DNA of 64,000 bases from an uncultured Nitrososphaerales archaeon (GCA_963713605.1 CAVQMO010000010.1:352001-416000); one strand, 5' to 3'. Shown: positions 34,761 to 46,700, numbered from the stretch's first letter. Notes: generated by a model from the sequence alone, not told the origin. Program-made: numbers and translations.

Positions 34761-35555
34761 ATGCCGCATTTTGGTTTGCTTACAAATCCCTCAAATGAAT
34801 TGTTAAGTGAAATTAGAAAAATTCACTCACTGGGTTTCGAATATGTGGAGATTGCCATTGAAGGGCCAGAAGGGAGTCCTCAGGTATTAATCGATAAACA
34901 GAACGGGATAACTAGACTACTCCAAAAATTTGGATTAAAACCAATTGGTCACACTGTACCGTGGGTAGATTTAGGATCGGATTATGAGTACATTAGACAA
35001 GCATGGATCCTTGAGGCAATGAGAAATATCAAAGTTTCTAAGCAAGTTGGAATAAGCCTTGTTAACTTTCATAGTAATCTTAACGGAGGGATGTTTAAAG
35101 GTGAAAAAAGACTGAGACTTTTGGAAAATTGGATCAAAAGCCTTCGCGAAATTTTGAGATACGCGGATTCTTATGGCGTACAGATAATGTTAGAAAATGT
35201 TCCACTTTCTAAGGGAGTACATAAGCTTGAAGAATATAAATACATCGTCGACAACGTCGACGGATTGCTTGTTCATTTAGACGTACCTCACGCTTTCACA
35301 TCCGCAGGCATGCAGGGAATAATAGAATTTATTCATTCATTTAGAGACAGGATTGTCCACATTCACTGGCATGACAATAATGGAGTTAGGGACGAACATC
35401 TCCCTATAGGACGTGGACTTATAGATCATGAGCTTATAGTAAGAGAATTAAGATCGATAAATTATGATAGAACCATTACCTTGGAAGTCTTTACGAATAA
35501 TGCTGATGCGAAGGTATCTGCAGAAGTGCTAAGTAAGCTCTGGTCAGAAATTTGA
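34761..35555 (+). CDS. Sugar phosphate isomerase/epimerase (AP endonuclease 2 TIM barrel)
   Basis: MLENV, HLDVPH, HIHWHDN...DEHLPIGRG, TLEV. Confidence 0.9.
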   Translation: MPHFGLLTNPSNELLSEIRKIHSLGFEYVEIAIEGPEGSPQVLIDKQNGITRLLQKFGLKPIGHTVPWVDLGSDYEYIRQAWILEAMRNIKVSKQVGISLVNFHSNLNGGMFKGEKRLRLLENWIKSLREILRYADSYGVQIMLENVPLSKGVHKLEEYKYIVDNVDGLLVHLDVPHAFTSAGMQGIIEFIHSFRDRIVHIHWHDNNGVRDEHLPIGRGLIDHELIVRELRSINYDRTITLEVFTNNADAKVSAEVLSKLWSEI

Positions 35556-35855
35556 TAATGTTGCAATGCCCGTGGTGCTTGCCAAATACTGTGAACGTAA
35601 ATAGGTGAGAAAAGATGTTTAGAAATTTCTTGCACTATTAGTATATAATAGAAATCTTCGAAATCATTATCTGAAATGGGCCGAATAAGAGCAGTCGTTC
35701 AGCGCGGATAATAGAATTCTCGTTTGGCGAATAAAGATTCTTCTATAGGTTATCTATCCTCAATAAGTATACCATTAAAAGCAGATTTATTTCCAAGTAG
35801 TTACTTAAAATTTACCTAAATACTTGTATTCATTTCTAATACTGGACATAGAAAA

Positions 35856-36122
35856 ATGAAAAACAGGGATAGAGCGGAAATAAATGCGATGATCCTTGAC
35901 ATTGCAAGCCACGGTAGAGTTACCAAGACAAAGATTATGTATAGAGCGTACTTATCATATAACAAGCTCGAAGAATATTTAACCGATCTGGGGGAAAGTG
36001 AGCTATTGGAATATGAAGTTGGAGCTCAAACTTATCGTACTACGGAAAAAGGAAAACGCTACCTAGAGATACATAATAGAATGAGTGAACTGATCTCTAT
36101 CAATAGGGAAGTAGCTTTCTAA
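35856..36122 (+). CDS. Winged helix-turn-helix protein (HTH_45-like)
   Basis: RDR.EI...IL, KTKIMYRAYLSY..L..YL, YRTTEKG. Confidence 0.9.
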   Translation: MKNRDRAEINAMILDIASHGRVTKTKIMYRAYLSYNKLEEYLTDLGESELLEYEVGAQTYRTTEKGKRYLEIHNRMSELISINREVAF

Positions 36123-36375
36123 CTTGGACTTCTAATTACCATACTGGATAGCTAAAGCGAAACCATATCATTACCAAAACTCAGACGTCACGTCATACAC
36201 TGATGATGATGATGATGATACAGTACGAAGAAAATTCTTGTTATTGATTCCAACTGAACCACAGACAATGTCTTGCTTGAGTGCAGTTGCAATGAGGGTA
36301 CGATGGAGTAAAGGATCACTTGATAGGAACACCGGGTTCTATGCACGTGATCTGGTTATCTTCTCGCTGTACTTT

Positions 36376-38159
36376 CTAATCATGATGGTGGAGGTCTCGT
36401 AATCTTTCATGAATCTGGTTTCTATATAATGTTAAACCAATTCTCTTTGCGTATGGCTGTCCTTTTGCAAACGATTCAGCCATTTTTTTGACAAACTCTA
36501 ATTCGACTTTTGGTGGCATTGGCGGATCGAACGGATCTACGTATACTTCGACTATCGTTGGTTTCTTCTCATTCATCACTTCATTCAAGATTGGTTTGAC
36601 TTCATTAGGTTCGTTTACAGTATATCCGTTTCCACCACAAGCCTCAGCAAATTTTGCGTAATCGATAGGCGTAAATTCTACACCAAACTCAGGGTTTCCT
36701 AGGAATGCCATTTGCTCCCAACGGATCATTCCCAAAATGTTATTCTTGATTATTATCACTTTGATCGGAAGATTATTTTGAACCGCTGTAGCAAATTCTC
36801 CCATTAGCATCGTAAAACCACCATCTCCTACAAAAGCAACTGATTGTCTCTTCGGAAAAGCGATCTGTGCTGCGATGGCATATGGTAGACCGCATCCCAT
36901 ACTTGCCAAGGTACCAGACAGCGAAAAAAGCATTCCTCTTTTAATATTGATATAGCGAGCTGCCCAACTAGTAATAGTTCCACTATCTACCGAAATTATT
37001 GCATCATCTTCTAATTCATTCGATAAGATGGTAGCAACAAACTGGGGCTTAATTGGGCTATCTTTTCGAGAACCCTGTTCTTCAAGCAGGCTTCTCCATT
37101 TTCGCATGGCTCGCTGTTTTGAATCAAGAAAATTAGATTCCTTTTTTCTATGCAATTGCGGGAGAAGAGCGGTTAACGTAAGTCTAGAATCACCCACTAA
37201 TCCTACCTCCACTGGATACCTAGATCCAATTCTTTCAGGTAAGATATCAATTTGAATACCTCTTGCTTGCCCTGGTTTCGGAAGATAATCAATATAGGGG
37301 AATGATGTTCCGATCATCAGTAAAGTATCTGCTTCATTCATTGCGTCACTGGCTGGCCCGGTTCCCAGGAGACCAAGCCCTCCTAGACTGTATGGATGAT
37401 CGTCAGGAATCACTGCTTTGCCTAAGAGTGCCTTGACAACGGGGGCGGCCAAACGTTCACAAACAGAAGTCACTTGATCTGTAGCTCCAAGGGCCCCCTG
37501 CCCAACTAAAACTACAGTCTTATTCCCTGCATTTAGGATATCTGCAGCCTTGTCTATTAAGGCCTGATTAGGCGTAATAGCAGATGTAATGACATCGGAG
37601 GTATGGCCGGGGACTTTATGTCTGGAGTACCGGTTTTTTAGCCTTTGCTCCTGAACATCGATCGGGATCGTCAAATGGCTAACTCCTCTACGCCCAAGTG
37701 CAGTTCTACATGCTATGTCCACTGCCATTTCCGCATGCTCTGGAGAATTTATCATGTTGTTGTAAACTGTTACGTCAGAAAAAAGCTGTAATAAGTTTAC
37801 ATCTTGTTGGTATCCTGATCCCATCAGATCGGAAGTACGTACTTCCAGTGATAGCTGGTACTGGTGTGCTATCAGCTTTTGCGTCATACAACCCGTTCAA
37901 AAGGTGTATAGCGCCCGGACCTGACGTAGCAACGCACACACCAAGTCTTCTCGTGTACTTCGCGTATGCGCAGGCCATGAAAGCTGCCTGATTCTTCATG
38001 TCGTACCAGAATGAACTTGACCTTGCTTTGTCGCTGTCTTAGGGATTCCATAAAGCCATTGATCCCATCACCCGGTAAACCAAAGATCGTATCGACATCC
38101 CAATCAATTAATGCCTCAGCAACGATGTCTGCAGTCCTTAAATTCTCATATTCGCTCAT
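36376..38159 (-). CDS. TPP/FAD-dependent pyruvate oxidase/dehydrogenase (PoxB-like); two +1 frameshifts (about 37987 and 37832)
   Basis: [44 protein letters not shown]...NN TPP motif. Confidence 0.9.
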
Positions 38160-38973
38160 ATCAGTCTGCCTACCTGCAATAAAATTTCTGCAACTTTCTT
38201 GAATTTGCTGAACCAATCCTAAATGACAATTGATTGTCCTTATAGCAGAGGAGTTTATCCGTGCCGAATGTTTGTATCCCTACCATCTATCCTCTAGTTC
38301 TTGATGAGCAAAGTATTATTTAGACATTCTTTTACACGATATATTCTATATAGAGAATATTACGAACAATAAAGCGGATCATTGTGGTCAAGAATTTAAT
38401 CACGTGAAGAGCTAATGCACGAGCAATCGTAACAAATTTAATCTCAAATAGTCAAACGGTTATGTATTGTTATTAGATCTGCGAACATTGTCATTCTAGT
38501 CTCAAATGCAACTTAAAATAAGATTGGTTACCACTTAAACATCTGTTGGCTTGGAGTTGGACTCGGGTTCGGGTGCTGGGACATCTAGTCCGGCTGCCGT
38601 GCTTGTACCTACTACTAAAGTTCCTTGCCGGCAGACCGGGGTTTGTCAGATCTTGTACTTCGAAAGATATTGCTAATGATTACAGAACTGGCCATAAACA
38701 CAACCGCAAGTCCCGTTAGTAGTTCTCTAAGCATAATTTATCGCCGCCGAGTTAACTGTTGTGTATGCTTCCACAATATAAAATAATCTAGAAAGTATAT
38801 AATAGTTATCTAGCTAATGGATCAATATTCATCACTATCTATCAGAGTAATGTTAAAAAGGTGCATTGCACTTTCTATTGCATTGATAGTTCAGATAGTT
38901 ATATCGCCGAAAGATTACATTTGGTAATATGTTATGTTTGTAAATAATTAATTGGACAGTTAATATTATTCAA

Positions 38974-39189
38974 ATGTTACTTAATGGCAAGTCGGGTGAT
39001 TTGAGTGAGCAAGTTGAGAGAAAAAACACACTCAAAGAACTAAGTCAAATCCTCTGTAATTTCAACCAACAAGATGATATACGGCGCACTGTGGGACACC
39101 TATCGCTAGAGTTCTTTAAACATGCAATGATGCTGAGGATTATGTCTGCAAAAATGAAAGTGGTGGAGCAGAAGGACATAGACTCATAG
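38974..39189 (+). CDS. Hypothetical protein or gene remnant
   Basis: 71-aa ORF followed by further broken coding-like sequence to about 39720. Confidence 0.3.
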   Translation: MLLNGKSGDLSEQVERKNTLKELSQILCNFNQQDDIRRTVGHLSLEFFKHAMMLRIMSAKMKVVEQKDIDS

Positions 39190-39986
39190 CAGAGGCGATA
39201 CATAACACCTTAGAAAAATTGGAAACCAACAAGGAGCATCCAGGAGCCATCATAGAGTATGGCAACTAGTCACTCGGACGGATTAACACATTCAGATTAA
39301 GGACTTAAGAAGAGAATGATGAAGTCAGCCTGAATAATGTGTCCTCAAATCCCTGTACCCAGACCAACGCCTTATCTAATCTTAAACTATCTCACTTTGA
39401 CAGGTATCAGGTTCATTTTTCCGATTCATTGCCCGTTTAATACCTTCCTGAATAGTACTTCAGATGAATTATTGGATATAGTGGGTACTGAAAAATTCAG
39501 GAACCTTAAAAAAGTTGCTTGAGTTTGTAAGAATGAGAGAAAAGGACGATACTAGCAAAAATAATGGTAATGAGTATACTGATGACAGTAACATGGTATA
39601 TACCAGAGCGAAGAAGCTCTTCATGAAATCAGTGGAGCAGAAGATGTTACGGTTGGTATAGATGGTGAACCAATTGGAATTCTGCTCGCAACATTTCAAG
39701 TTCATTCAAACGCCCTAAATCTAAAAATGTGAGGTTTAGCGTATGTTAGCTCGAGCCTTGATACCTTCCATTATATTCTTTTACAAATGACTTTGGTATC
39801 TTAATGACATGCCTTCCCGTCATCAAAAAAAGAGAATCCTTTTCGATTGCAATGATATTTCCCATGTCATCATTGTCACTAGAACGCACTCCTTTTAGTA
39901 CCAGTCAATCCCAATTTCGGATCATTCCTCGTACATTACATAATCATGATTAATTATATAAAATGATCTGAAATTGGAAATCTTTA

Positions 39987-40343
39987 TCATGTAAGCATGG
40001 GCAGAATATCCCTTATTATCTTGTTGTGATCTGCATCTACCTCGGTAGTAACCAAGAGCAGATGGTTTTCTTCTAACGGAAATGTTATCCTTTTGATTTT
40101 CTCATATTCTGACATCGCATATTTTCCTTTACCCACTTTTGATGAGAGGGAGTTTCTTAATGCCCATCTGGCTAGGGCTTGCAAATTTGATCTTTTAGTT
40201 TCCTCTGGAGATAGAAGATTTGTTATTCCTTCGCGCTGTCCACCGTATTTTATCGCACCGGAATCATCACACACACCAGCGAATCTTATCTTGGATTCCA
40301 GACCAAGGATGTTTTTGCATAGTCTACCAAAATCCATAGTCAT
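39987..40343 (-). CDS. DUF6659-like (roadblock/longin-like) protein
   Basis: Close paralog of 11696..12046 (IRFAGVC, GGQREG, GKGKYAMSEYEKIKR, LLVTTEVDAD). Confidence 0.8.
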   Translation of the reverse strand: MTMDFGRLCKNILGLESKIRFAGVCDDSGAIKYGGQREGITNLLSPEETKRSNLQALARWALRNSLSSKVGKGKYAMSEYEKIKRITFPLEENHLLLVTTEVDADHNKIIRDILPMLT

Positions 40344-41350
40344 AAGATAAAAAATGAACAAACCTAATAAATATTCTATCATTTAAGTCACCTACCTAAA
40401 TTCATGGCTACTCTCATAATCTTCTAACTCTTCACGAGTTTGAAATTCTCGACCACAATCTATGCAAGAAAAAGTCGCATACTGATACTAGTGGATGGAA
40501 CCAACAGCTAATCAAGTTAAATACTTTGTTGAACATCTTTGAATGAGAAATGGTTCTCGGAACACTACTATACATAATTATTATCATTATTGTAATTATT
40601 GTGATAATAGACTCTGCTAAAGTTTCTGTTTCAATTGTTCTTTGTAATACCATTTGGAGTAGATTATTCTGCCGATCTTCTGTACGCTAAAGAAATTCTA
40701 TTGCCTATGAACAGCTAAATAAAATTGTGTTTAATCACACAGTACCTCGTGAGTGCCGTGTCGCATAGATAGACGGACGATTTGTTCAGCTTGTGTGGCC
40801 CGAAAAAATAGAGTTATAGTCTGCAGATAAAATTAGTTTTGGTTTAGAGATATAGTGGAAGAAGAGTTGAATTAGACACTATTACCAATGCCGGATCTGA
40901 AGCCACGGAAGTACCGAATTCTATTGCGTCATAATTCGTCTTTCCGGCATTACACGTACATTCTTTGGTCCATTGCATTATTCTTTGTCTAATTAATTAA
41001 ATACAAACATAGGGTATTACCATATGTAATCTTTCTACCTGAGCTATTGATATAATTGCCGTGGTTGTTTGTTCTGATTATTGTTCCAATTGGTTGTTCT
41101 AAGTCTGTTTGAACGCTTGATCTAGATTTGTAATGGCATAAACCCAGAAGGTCTTTTATCTCTAAATGTCAATAATTACTACACGTCGCAAACCTCCACA
41201 AAGGTGAGGGTAGTGACGGCCAGCATATCGGCACAAATTCTGTTGGTCGTCCCTACCCCAACAGTTTGTTAATGAGTATGAAGCTTCACGTTCACTATCA
41301 GAGTAACTTACAATTACTATCTATAGATCCATCTTATCATGAAATGACAG

Positions 41351-41503
41351 CTAAATAATATTATGTTTGATTGCACAATATTTATGATAATAATGTCTTG
41401 GTCGCCCACTGCTCACAACAGCATGATCACATGTTATTCGGCCATTACATGAGACGCAAAGTCCACTCTGTTTCACTTCTATCATTCTGAGTGTGCGAGT
41501 CAT
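41351..41503 (-). CDS. Small Zn-finger protein
   Basis: MTRTL...CVSC...YYHKYCA (CxxC...HxxC). Confidence 0.6.
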   Translation of the reverse strand: MTRTLRMIEVKQSGLCVSCNGRITCDHAVVSSGRPRHYYHKYCAIKHNII

Positions 41504-41820
41504 ATTTTCGTTGGGATTAATGATTAGTGGGAGGGCCAGATCATCAATATTAAGGGTTTGCAAATGAGACTTGTTGTACACCTAGTTAGAGTAAATACAT
41601 AATATCCCTTGAGTTATCTTATAAACCAGTTATAATATCAGGACTAAGACCGTCATTCAGAGCCCAGAACTCCTGTCGCATTTCATGGACTTCTGCCGAT
41701 GACAGATCCAATTCTATGGCAACGTCGATAGGTTTCTTTCCCTTCGCGAATAGCCAGATGCCTGTGTGTCTTTGGTTTTGCATTTCAAGTCTCTCATTTC
41801 ATCACCACTGCCTTGACCAT

Positions 41821-41890
41821 GGAGGCGGCGGAGGCGGCGGATCAGACGGCGGCGGTGGCGGCGGTGGCGGCGGAGGCAGTGGATCAGGCG
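41821..41890 (+). repeat. GGN trinucleotide tract (poly-Gly/Ser)
   Basis: GGAGGCGGCGGAGGCGGCGGATCAGACGGCGGCGGTGGCGGCGGTGGCGGCGGAGGCAGTGGATCAGGC in an AT-rich background. Confidence 0.85.
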
Positions 41891-42106
41891 CGTCATCATT
41901 ACGAACTGATTCGCATCGGTAAGTCGGGCCAGTTACTAACACGAACTATTAACGCGGGCACGGATGTTTTAGTCGCGTCCACTTGGATTTATGTTAGATA
42001 ATTTCTATTGTCATCTACTGAACCTAAGCATTGGACCCAGGTTTTAAATGGGGATAGACACCATTGTTTACCACATTTTATATAGTATGTTGAGTAAAGC
42101 TCTAGT

Positions 42107-42739
42107 ATGTCAAAGAGAGAACAAGACAAAGCTATCGAAGACACCAAAAAGGTCGCTGAACAAGCCAAGAGTGTAGAAGATAAACTCGAAGCAGTCGAAA
42201 CATTGCAAGAAGTTGGACAGCAGGTGACAGCACAAGAATTTCAAGTTACACTTGACCAATCATTAGATGAAACGAAAAAGAATATAAGAAGATCAATAAA
42301 TGAAGCGAAAGCTCAAGTTCCACAATATGCAAACGTTGTTAAAAGCTATGAAGAACAAGCATTGGAATCAACTGGAAAAATGGTCGAAGATTTTATCGAA
42401 ACTCAAAAGACGGTAATGAATTTATTCTTCAACTCTGCAACTCCGTATTATGAGAATGTCAACAGAATGTATAATTACTGGTTTTCTCAGAGAGTACCAG
42501 CAGAGACATATATCAGATCTGTCAACAATATTGCTGAAAACCTCTCAGCATCAGTAAGAATAAGCAATGACATCTTATTTGGAAATATTGAAGCTTTTGG
42601 AAACGCATTCGAACGAGCACAACGACATACAAAAGAGCTTTCAAGAATAAATGTGGATAATGCAAAAACCATCGCAAACACAGCAAGAGAAACTGCTGCA
42701 GAGTTATCAGTTAATAGACAAAGAGAAGTTTACACATAG
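42107..42739 (+). CDS. Amphipathic helical protein, phasin-like
   Basis: All-helical Q/E/N/A-rich sequence with no Cys; TTTTATATA about 30 nt upstream; function inferred. Confidence 0.75.
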   Translation: MSKREQDKAIEDTKKVAEQAKSVEDKLEAVETLQEVGQQVTAQEFQVTLDQSLDETKKNIRRSINEAKAQVPQYANVVKSYEEQALESTGKMVEDFIETQKTVMNLFFNSATPYYENVNRMYNYWFSQRVPAETYIRSVNNIAENLSASVRISNDILFGNIEAFGNAFERAQRHTKELSRINVDNAKTIANTARETAAELSVNRQREVYT

Positions 42740-42758
42740 AACTGTCTGTCAGCTAGCC

Positions 42759-42780
42759 ATCTAGTTAGATATAACTAGAT
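42759..42780. terminator. Hairpin between convergent genes
   Basis: ATCTAGTTA-GATA-TAACTAGAT perfect stem followed by a T-rich tract. Confidence 0.5.
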
Positions 42781-42825
42781 CAATTAATTATTTTTATTCT
42801 GTGCTCATCTAGTAACGCAACCTGT

Positions 42826-43301
42826 TCAGTGCTCAAAATCTTGCACTTCCAAAGTATCGAAGTCTGTCCATGCATTAATTCCAGTAACTACAAAAACCTG
42901 AAAGTGAAGATGTGGCAGATATGTATAACCGGTCATACCGACTCTAGCTATTTCTTCACCTGCTCTGACATGTTGACCAGCTTTCACTCTTGAACTATTG
43001 TAGCTTAAATGATCGTATCTTGAGTATTCTCCATTTGAGTGCATAATTACAATGAAGTTTGTATGACTCCAATAGATTGGGTTAGATCCCCCAGTATTAG
43101 AGTCATCTTTAACAAAAGTCACTATCCCGTCAGCTGCAGCAAGAACAGATGTCTCTTCGTCAGCTATAAGATCGATTGCATTCGATCGATTGCATTTCGA
43201 AGTTTGCCCAAATGAGCTGGCGATGAACTTCTATCGATACGCTGTAACTGATCTCTCGGTACCGGTAGTTTATATCTATTAATAGCATTTTTACTCATCA
43301 T
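42826..43301 (-). pseudogene. M23-family Zn metallopeptidase interrupted by a 14-bp tandem duplication
   Basis: AHLGKLRNAID / VLAAADGIV / YDHL / VGMTGY..PHLHF; duplicated ATCGATTGCATT(T)CG at 43171-43199 shifts the frame. Confidence 0.8.
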
Positions 43302-43566
43302 AGGTTTTGTTTCTTATTGAGATGTTGTTCGTTAGTAGTTGGTTGGTTGTCTAACCAACAACTTTGTTAGTCCTATAGAATAGTCCTATTCCGTTCAGAG
43401 CAGCATCGACAATACTTATGGATGTAATATTTGCACTAGTATCGATCGCAAATGGTTTAATTTTTTCTGAAAACTTATTGAAGTTTTAGACCTTGTAGGT
43501 CATTAGTTACGCATCTCCAATAGCATTATTAATAATGATCCTATTTCTATCATATCTGATGTAGCT

Positions 43567-43953
43567 ATGATAGGTAGAATGAAAAATATGAAGGTATTAG
43601 TAGTAGATGATGATCCCGATATTACTTCACTATACAAAGATGCCTTGGAAGGCGAAGGGGGATTTAATGTAGATACTTATAATGATCCTGACCAAGCGTT
43701 ATCAGATTTCAAACCACACTATTACGATATTTCATTATTAGATGTAAGAATGCCAAGTATGGACGGTTTTGATCTATATAAAGAACTAAAAAAGTTAGAT
43801 CCCGTCCTCAAAGTCTGCTTTATTACAGGGTTTGAGGTAAACTATAAAGCGTTGCAGGAAATATTTCCTGGGATTGCTCAAGAATGCTATATCTCAAAGC
43901 CAACAACTATGAAAGAATTAAAGGAACATGTAGATCATTTATTGCAGGAATGA
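43567..43953 (+). CDS. Single-domain response regulator
   Basis: VVDDD, LLDVRMP, FITG, SKP. Confidence 0.92.
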   Translation: MIGRMKNMKVLVVDDDPDITSLYKDALEGEGGFNVDTYNDPDQALSDFKPHYYDISLLDVRMPSMDGFDLYKELKKLDPVLKVCFITGFEVNYKALQEIFPGIAQECYISKPTTMKELKEHVDHLLQE

Positions 43954-44475
43954 CAGTTATAGAATAGGTATGATCTCCTTGCTCCAACTCACCTGGTTAG
44001 AAGAACTCTTATCTTAAATTTCCGTTCTAGTTTTACCATCAGACTCTTTACAGCAAGTGTCATTATGTTTCATGCGTTAATTGAATTTTAAATTGTAATA
44101 ATGTATTAAAGTCGGATGCCCACCAAGGATCAGAAATTGGAAGCCCACCAAGAACAGTCAGACGTTCAGATAACTTTGATGAGTATCTAAATCTAGCCTA
44201 TGAGGAATTTGCTTAAGAGCGTATTTTCTACACGAGAAGGCATATTAGAACAAGGAGTGTAGCCGTCAATGACCAGACCTCAGTTAACGTCATAATTTCT
44301 CCTTACATTTTTATAGATTATTGTCTATATATCAGTCGAGCAATGATAGTAGGCCATGGATATATCCTGGTATTATTTCGGCTGGCGTAATTAGACGAAG
44401 ATTATGTAAATATGAAAAGTAGCGTACGACGTAATGATACCCTTTTCTAGTATAGTGCCCATATTTAATTAAATT

Positions 44476-44886
44476 ATGTCGTCAAAAAGTGGAGGAGGTC
44501 CTACCGTGCTATGGAGTATGCTTAAAGGTAAAGAAGTAATGACTAACGACGGGAAAAGTCTGGGTGAAATCAAGGAGTTTTCACAGGACTATGTACGGGT
44601 TGAAAAAGGAACAGTAAAAAAAGATAGAATCTGGATTCCCAAAGATGTCGCAGACGCCTTTGACGGTAAAAAGCTATGGCTGCTTATAAGTGAACAAGAA
44701 GCTCGAGAAAAATATCAACATGGAGAGAAAGAGGAGGAATTTAAAGAAGTGTCATCGTCAACTGATCAAGATGCTGAAGGCTTGGAAACGTCCAATGGTT
44801 CTCGAGCAGAAAAGAATAAAGAGCATGATCTTGAAGAAAGCATTCGACTCGTGGAGAATTATGAGAATATCAGGGATTATAAATGA
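44476..44886 (+). CDS. PRC-barrel-like protein with acidic tail
   Basis: W..LKGKEV.T.DGK.LGEI...WIPK..ADAFDG; paralog of 52987. Confidence 0.8.
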   Translation: MSSKSGGGPTVLWSMLKGKEVMTNDGKSLGEIKEFSQDYVRVEKGTVKKDRIWIPKDVADAFDGKKLWLLISEQEAREKYQHGEKEEEFKEVSSSTDQDAEGLETSNGSRAEKNKEHDLEESIRLVENYENIRDYK

Positions 44887-45184
44887 TAATGCATAACTGA
44901 TTTAGATGCAATCTACTGATGACCTCTGAAGCGCGTTTCCGATTTGCGCGAATTGGTAACGACTTAATCTACATTCTCACCATTGGAACATTCACCTTCA
45001 TAAGTGTAAACAGTCCGCTACATACATGCGGATGCTATTGCTGTGCTTAGGCTTAATTGGAAAACACAAAACAGACTTTTAGTCTAATTCCAAGAGGGTC
45101 TTTTTTAATACTCAGGCTTGGTCTGGATAATCGCTTCAGCACACAGGACATTCTGTTTTTATAGTTTGTACTCTCAATAAACAT

Positions 45185-45700
45185 ATGGGAAAATCAATAG
45201 GTACAGAAACTCATCTTTGTATGGTGTGCATCGCCCTCACGGCAGCAATAATTGTATCGTTAGGCTACAGCAATAGCATTCAACCAGTCGAAAATGTTTT
45301 AGCACAAACACAGGAGCAGAACCAGAGCAGTCAGTTACAGGGCGCAAACGTGACCGGGGACCTTACTGAAGCAACAGGGGGCAATGTGTTTGGAGGACAA
45401 GCTATGGGAGATATAGCAATCAACTCAGACGGCCATCAAATAGATATCAATGGGCAAATAAGTGCAACTCCTGGTGAAGGGAATGTTTTTGAAGCTTGGC
45501 TTGAAGATGCTGGAGGATCAGGCTATAAATTAAGTTTAGGTCAGGTATTGGAGAATGGGACAATTCAAGTTAGTCAGCACATGGTTAATCCATTTACCTA
45601 CACGATATTCTATATAACAGAAGAACCAGAAAATGATGCCGATCCTAACCCAGCTGACGCTAAAGCAGGGATAGAACTAGAAGCTCCATTTGGACAATAG
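45185..45700 (+). CDS. Secreted protein with an RskA (anti-sigma-K)-like extracytoplasmic domain
   Basis: Signal peptide; EGNVFEAWL...LSLG...ITEEP...DPNP pattern; oligo-T terminator follows. Confidence 0.7.
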   Translation: MGKSIGTETHLCMVCIALTAAIIVSLGYSNSIQPVENVLAQTQEQNQSSQLQGANVTGDLTEATGGNVFGGQAMGDIAINSDGHQIDINGQISATPGEGNVFEAWLEDAGGSGYKLSLGQVLENGTIQVSQHMVNPFTYTIFYITEEPENDADPNPADAKAGIELEAPFGQ

Positions 45701-46097
45701 TTAAGTCCTTCTTTTTTTGTATTGGTTCTCTACAAGACTACTTAGATGCCAGGACTCGCAGTCCAGAAATGTCAAATAGAAAAGGATCAAATAAAGTCAA
45801 TTAAGCATCAGAAAAATACTGAAACAGAGAAATTGGAAGAAAGAGTATGGCTGTGATTGCCTAGTCGGACCACTCTAGTACTTATTTTTAAGCATTGTCA
45901 TGAGTATCGTATTGTCTAGTGTGAAATACGTTAAAGACTAAATTATGGAAGAGGAAGGACAATAGGCCATAAATATCATAATGCCACCGTCAGAAATTAG
46001 ACAATCCCCTGACTGAAGACGCAAAACGAGTAAAAAGATCCGTACTGACTAAGAATAACTGTCAAAGGACTTGAGATCACTAAAGGCCATTTAAGAG

Positions 46098-46261
46098 ATG
46101 TTAAACATATTAAATTCAGATGATAGACCCAGCAAAAAATAAAGAATGCAGCTCAGGATGCTGAAGCAAAAATCCAGACTTCTAAGGACCATGCGGAAGG
46201 AAAACCTAGTTCCGAAAAACTCAAAAAGGCAAAGGTCAAAGTAAGATATGCTCTAACATAG
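46098..46261 (+). pseudogene. Possible small hydrophilin/LEA-like gene, frameshifted
   Basis: KIKNAAQDAEAKIQTSKDHAEGKPSSEKLKKAKVKVRYALT* is similar in style to the 49202 ORF; needs a frame change in the A-run at about 46135. Confidence 0.3.
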
Positions 46262-46700
46262 AACCTATCATAATTTTTTTCCTTAACGAATTGCAGCTTA
46301 CATCCTAGTCTACTAGAGTCATCTGGCCGGCTTTCGTTTATAGCGCAGCGCGAGAACATAGTCGAATTGATGCTAGATCTGCAGTATTTGTGACATAAAC
46401 AGGATAGAGTACTTTATAATATACATAAAAGTAGTTTTTTAAAAAGATATGATTGAATTGCTTTAGTGGTTGAACCGGGATATGTACTATTCATAAATAA
46501 CTTTACTAGCGAGATGGGAACATAAGAACACGTTCGAAATGGTCGACATTACCCTTGTTCTAAAGAACTGGTAAGTGGCCGACTCCCTTAATTTGAGGTC
46601 TTAGGTACGGCTAAGGATCACGCCATACTAAGATAAGGTGGTGTGGAGCAAATCACGAAAAGAGGAGTCCGGAGTGGTGTTTTATTTTCTCCGGTCATTT

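Noticed and set aside
1835..35555. EboB-like TatD, UbiA and TIM-barrel isomerase as a dispersed ebo cluster
   Set aside because: The genes are 13-19 kb apart in unrelated contexts and nothing identifies the other two as EboC or EboE.
36201..36219. (GAT)n and (TTCTTA)n microsatellites at about 36201 and 27584
   Set aside because: Short intergenic simple repeats with no evident target.
39240..41300. Broken coding-like sequence in long intergenic stretches (also about 10400-11000, 56600-56950 and 58700-58830)
   Set aside because: Multiple stops and no family identifiable by eye; a frameshift-aware blastx would be needed.
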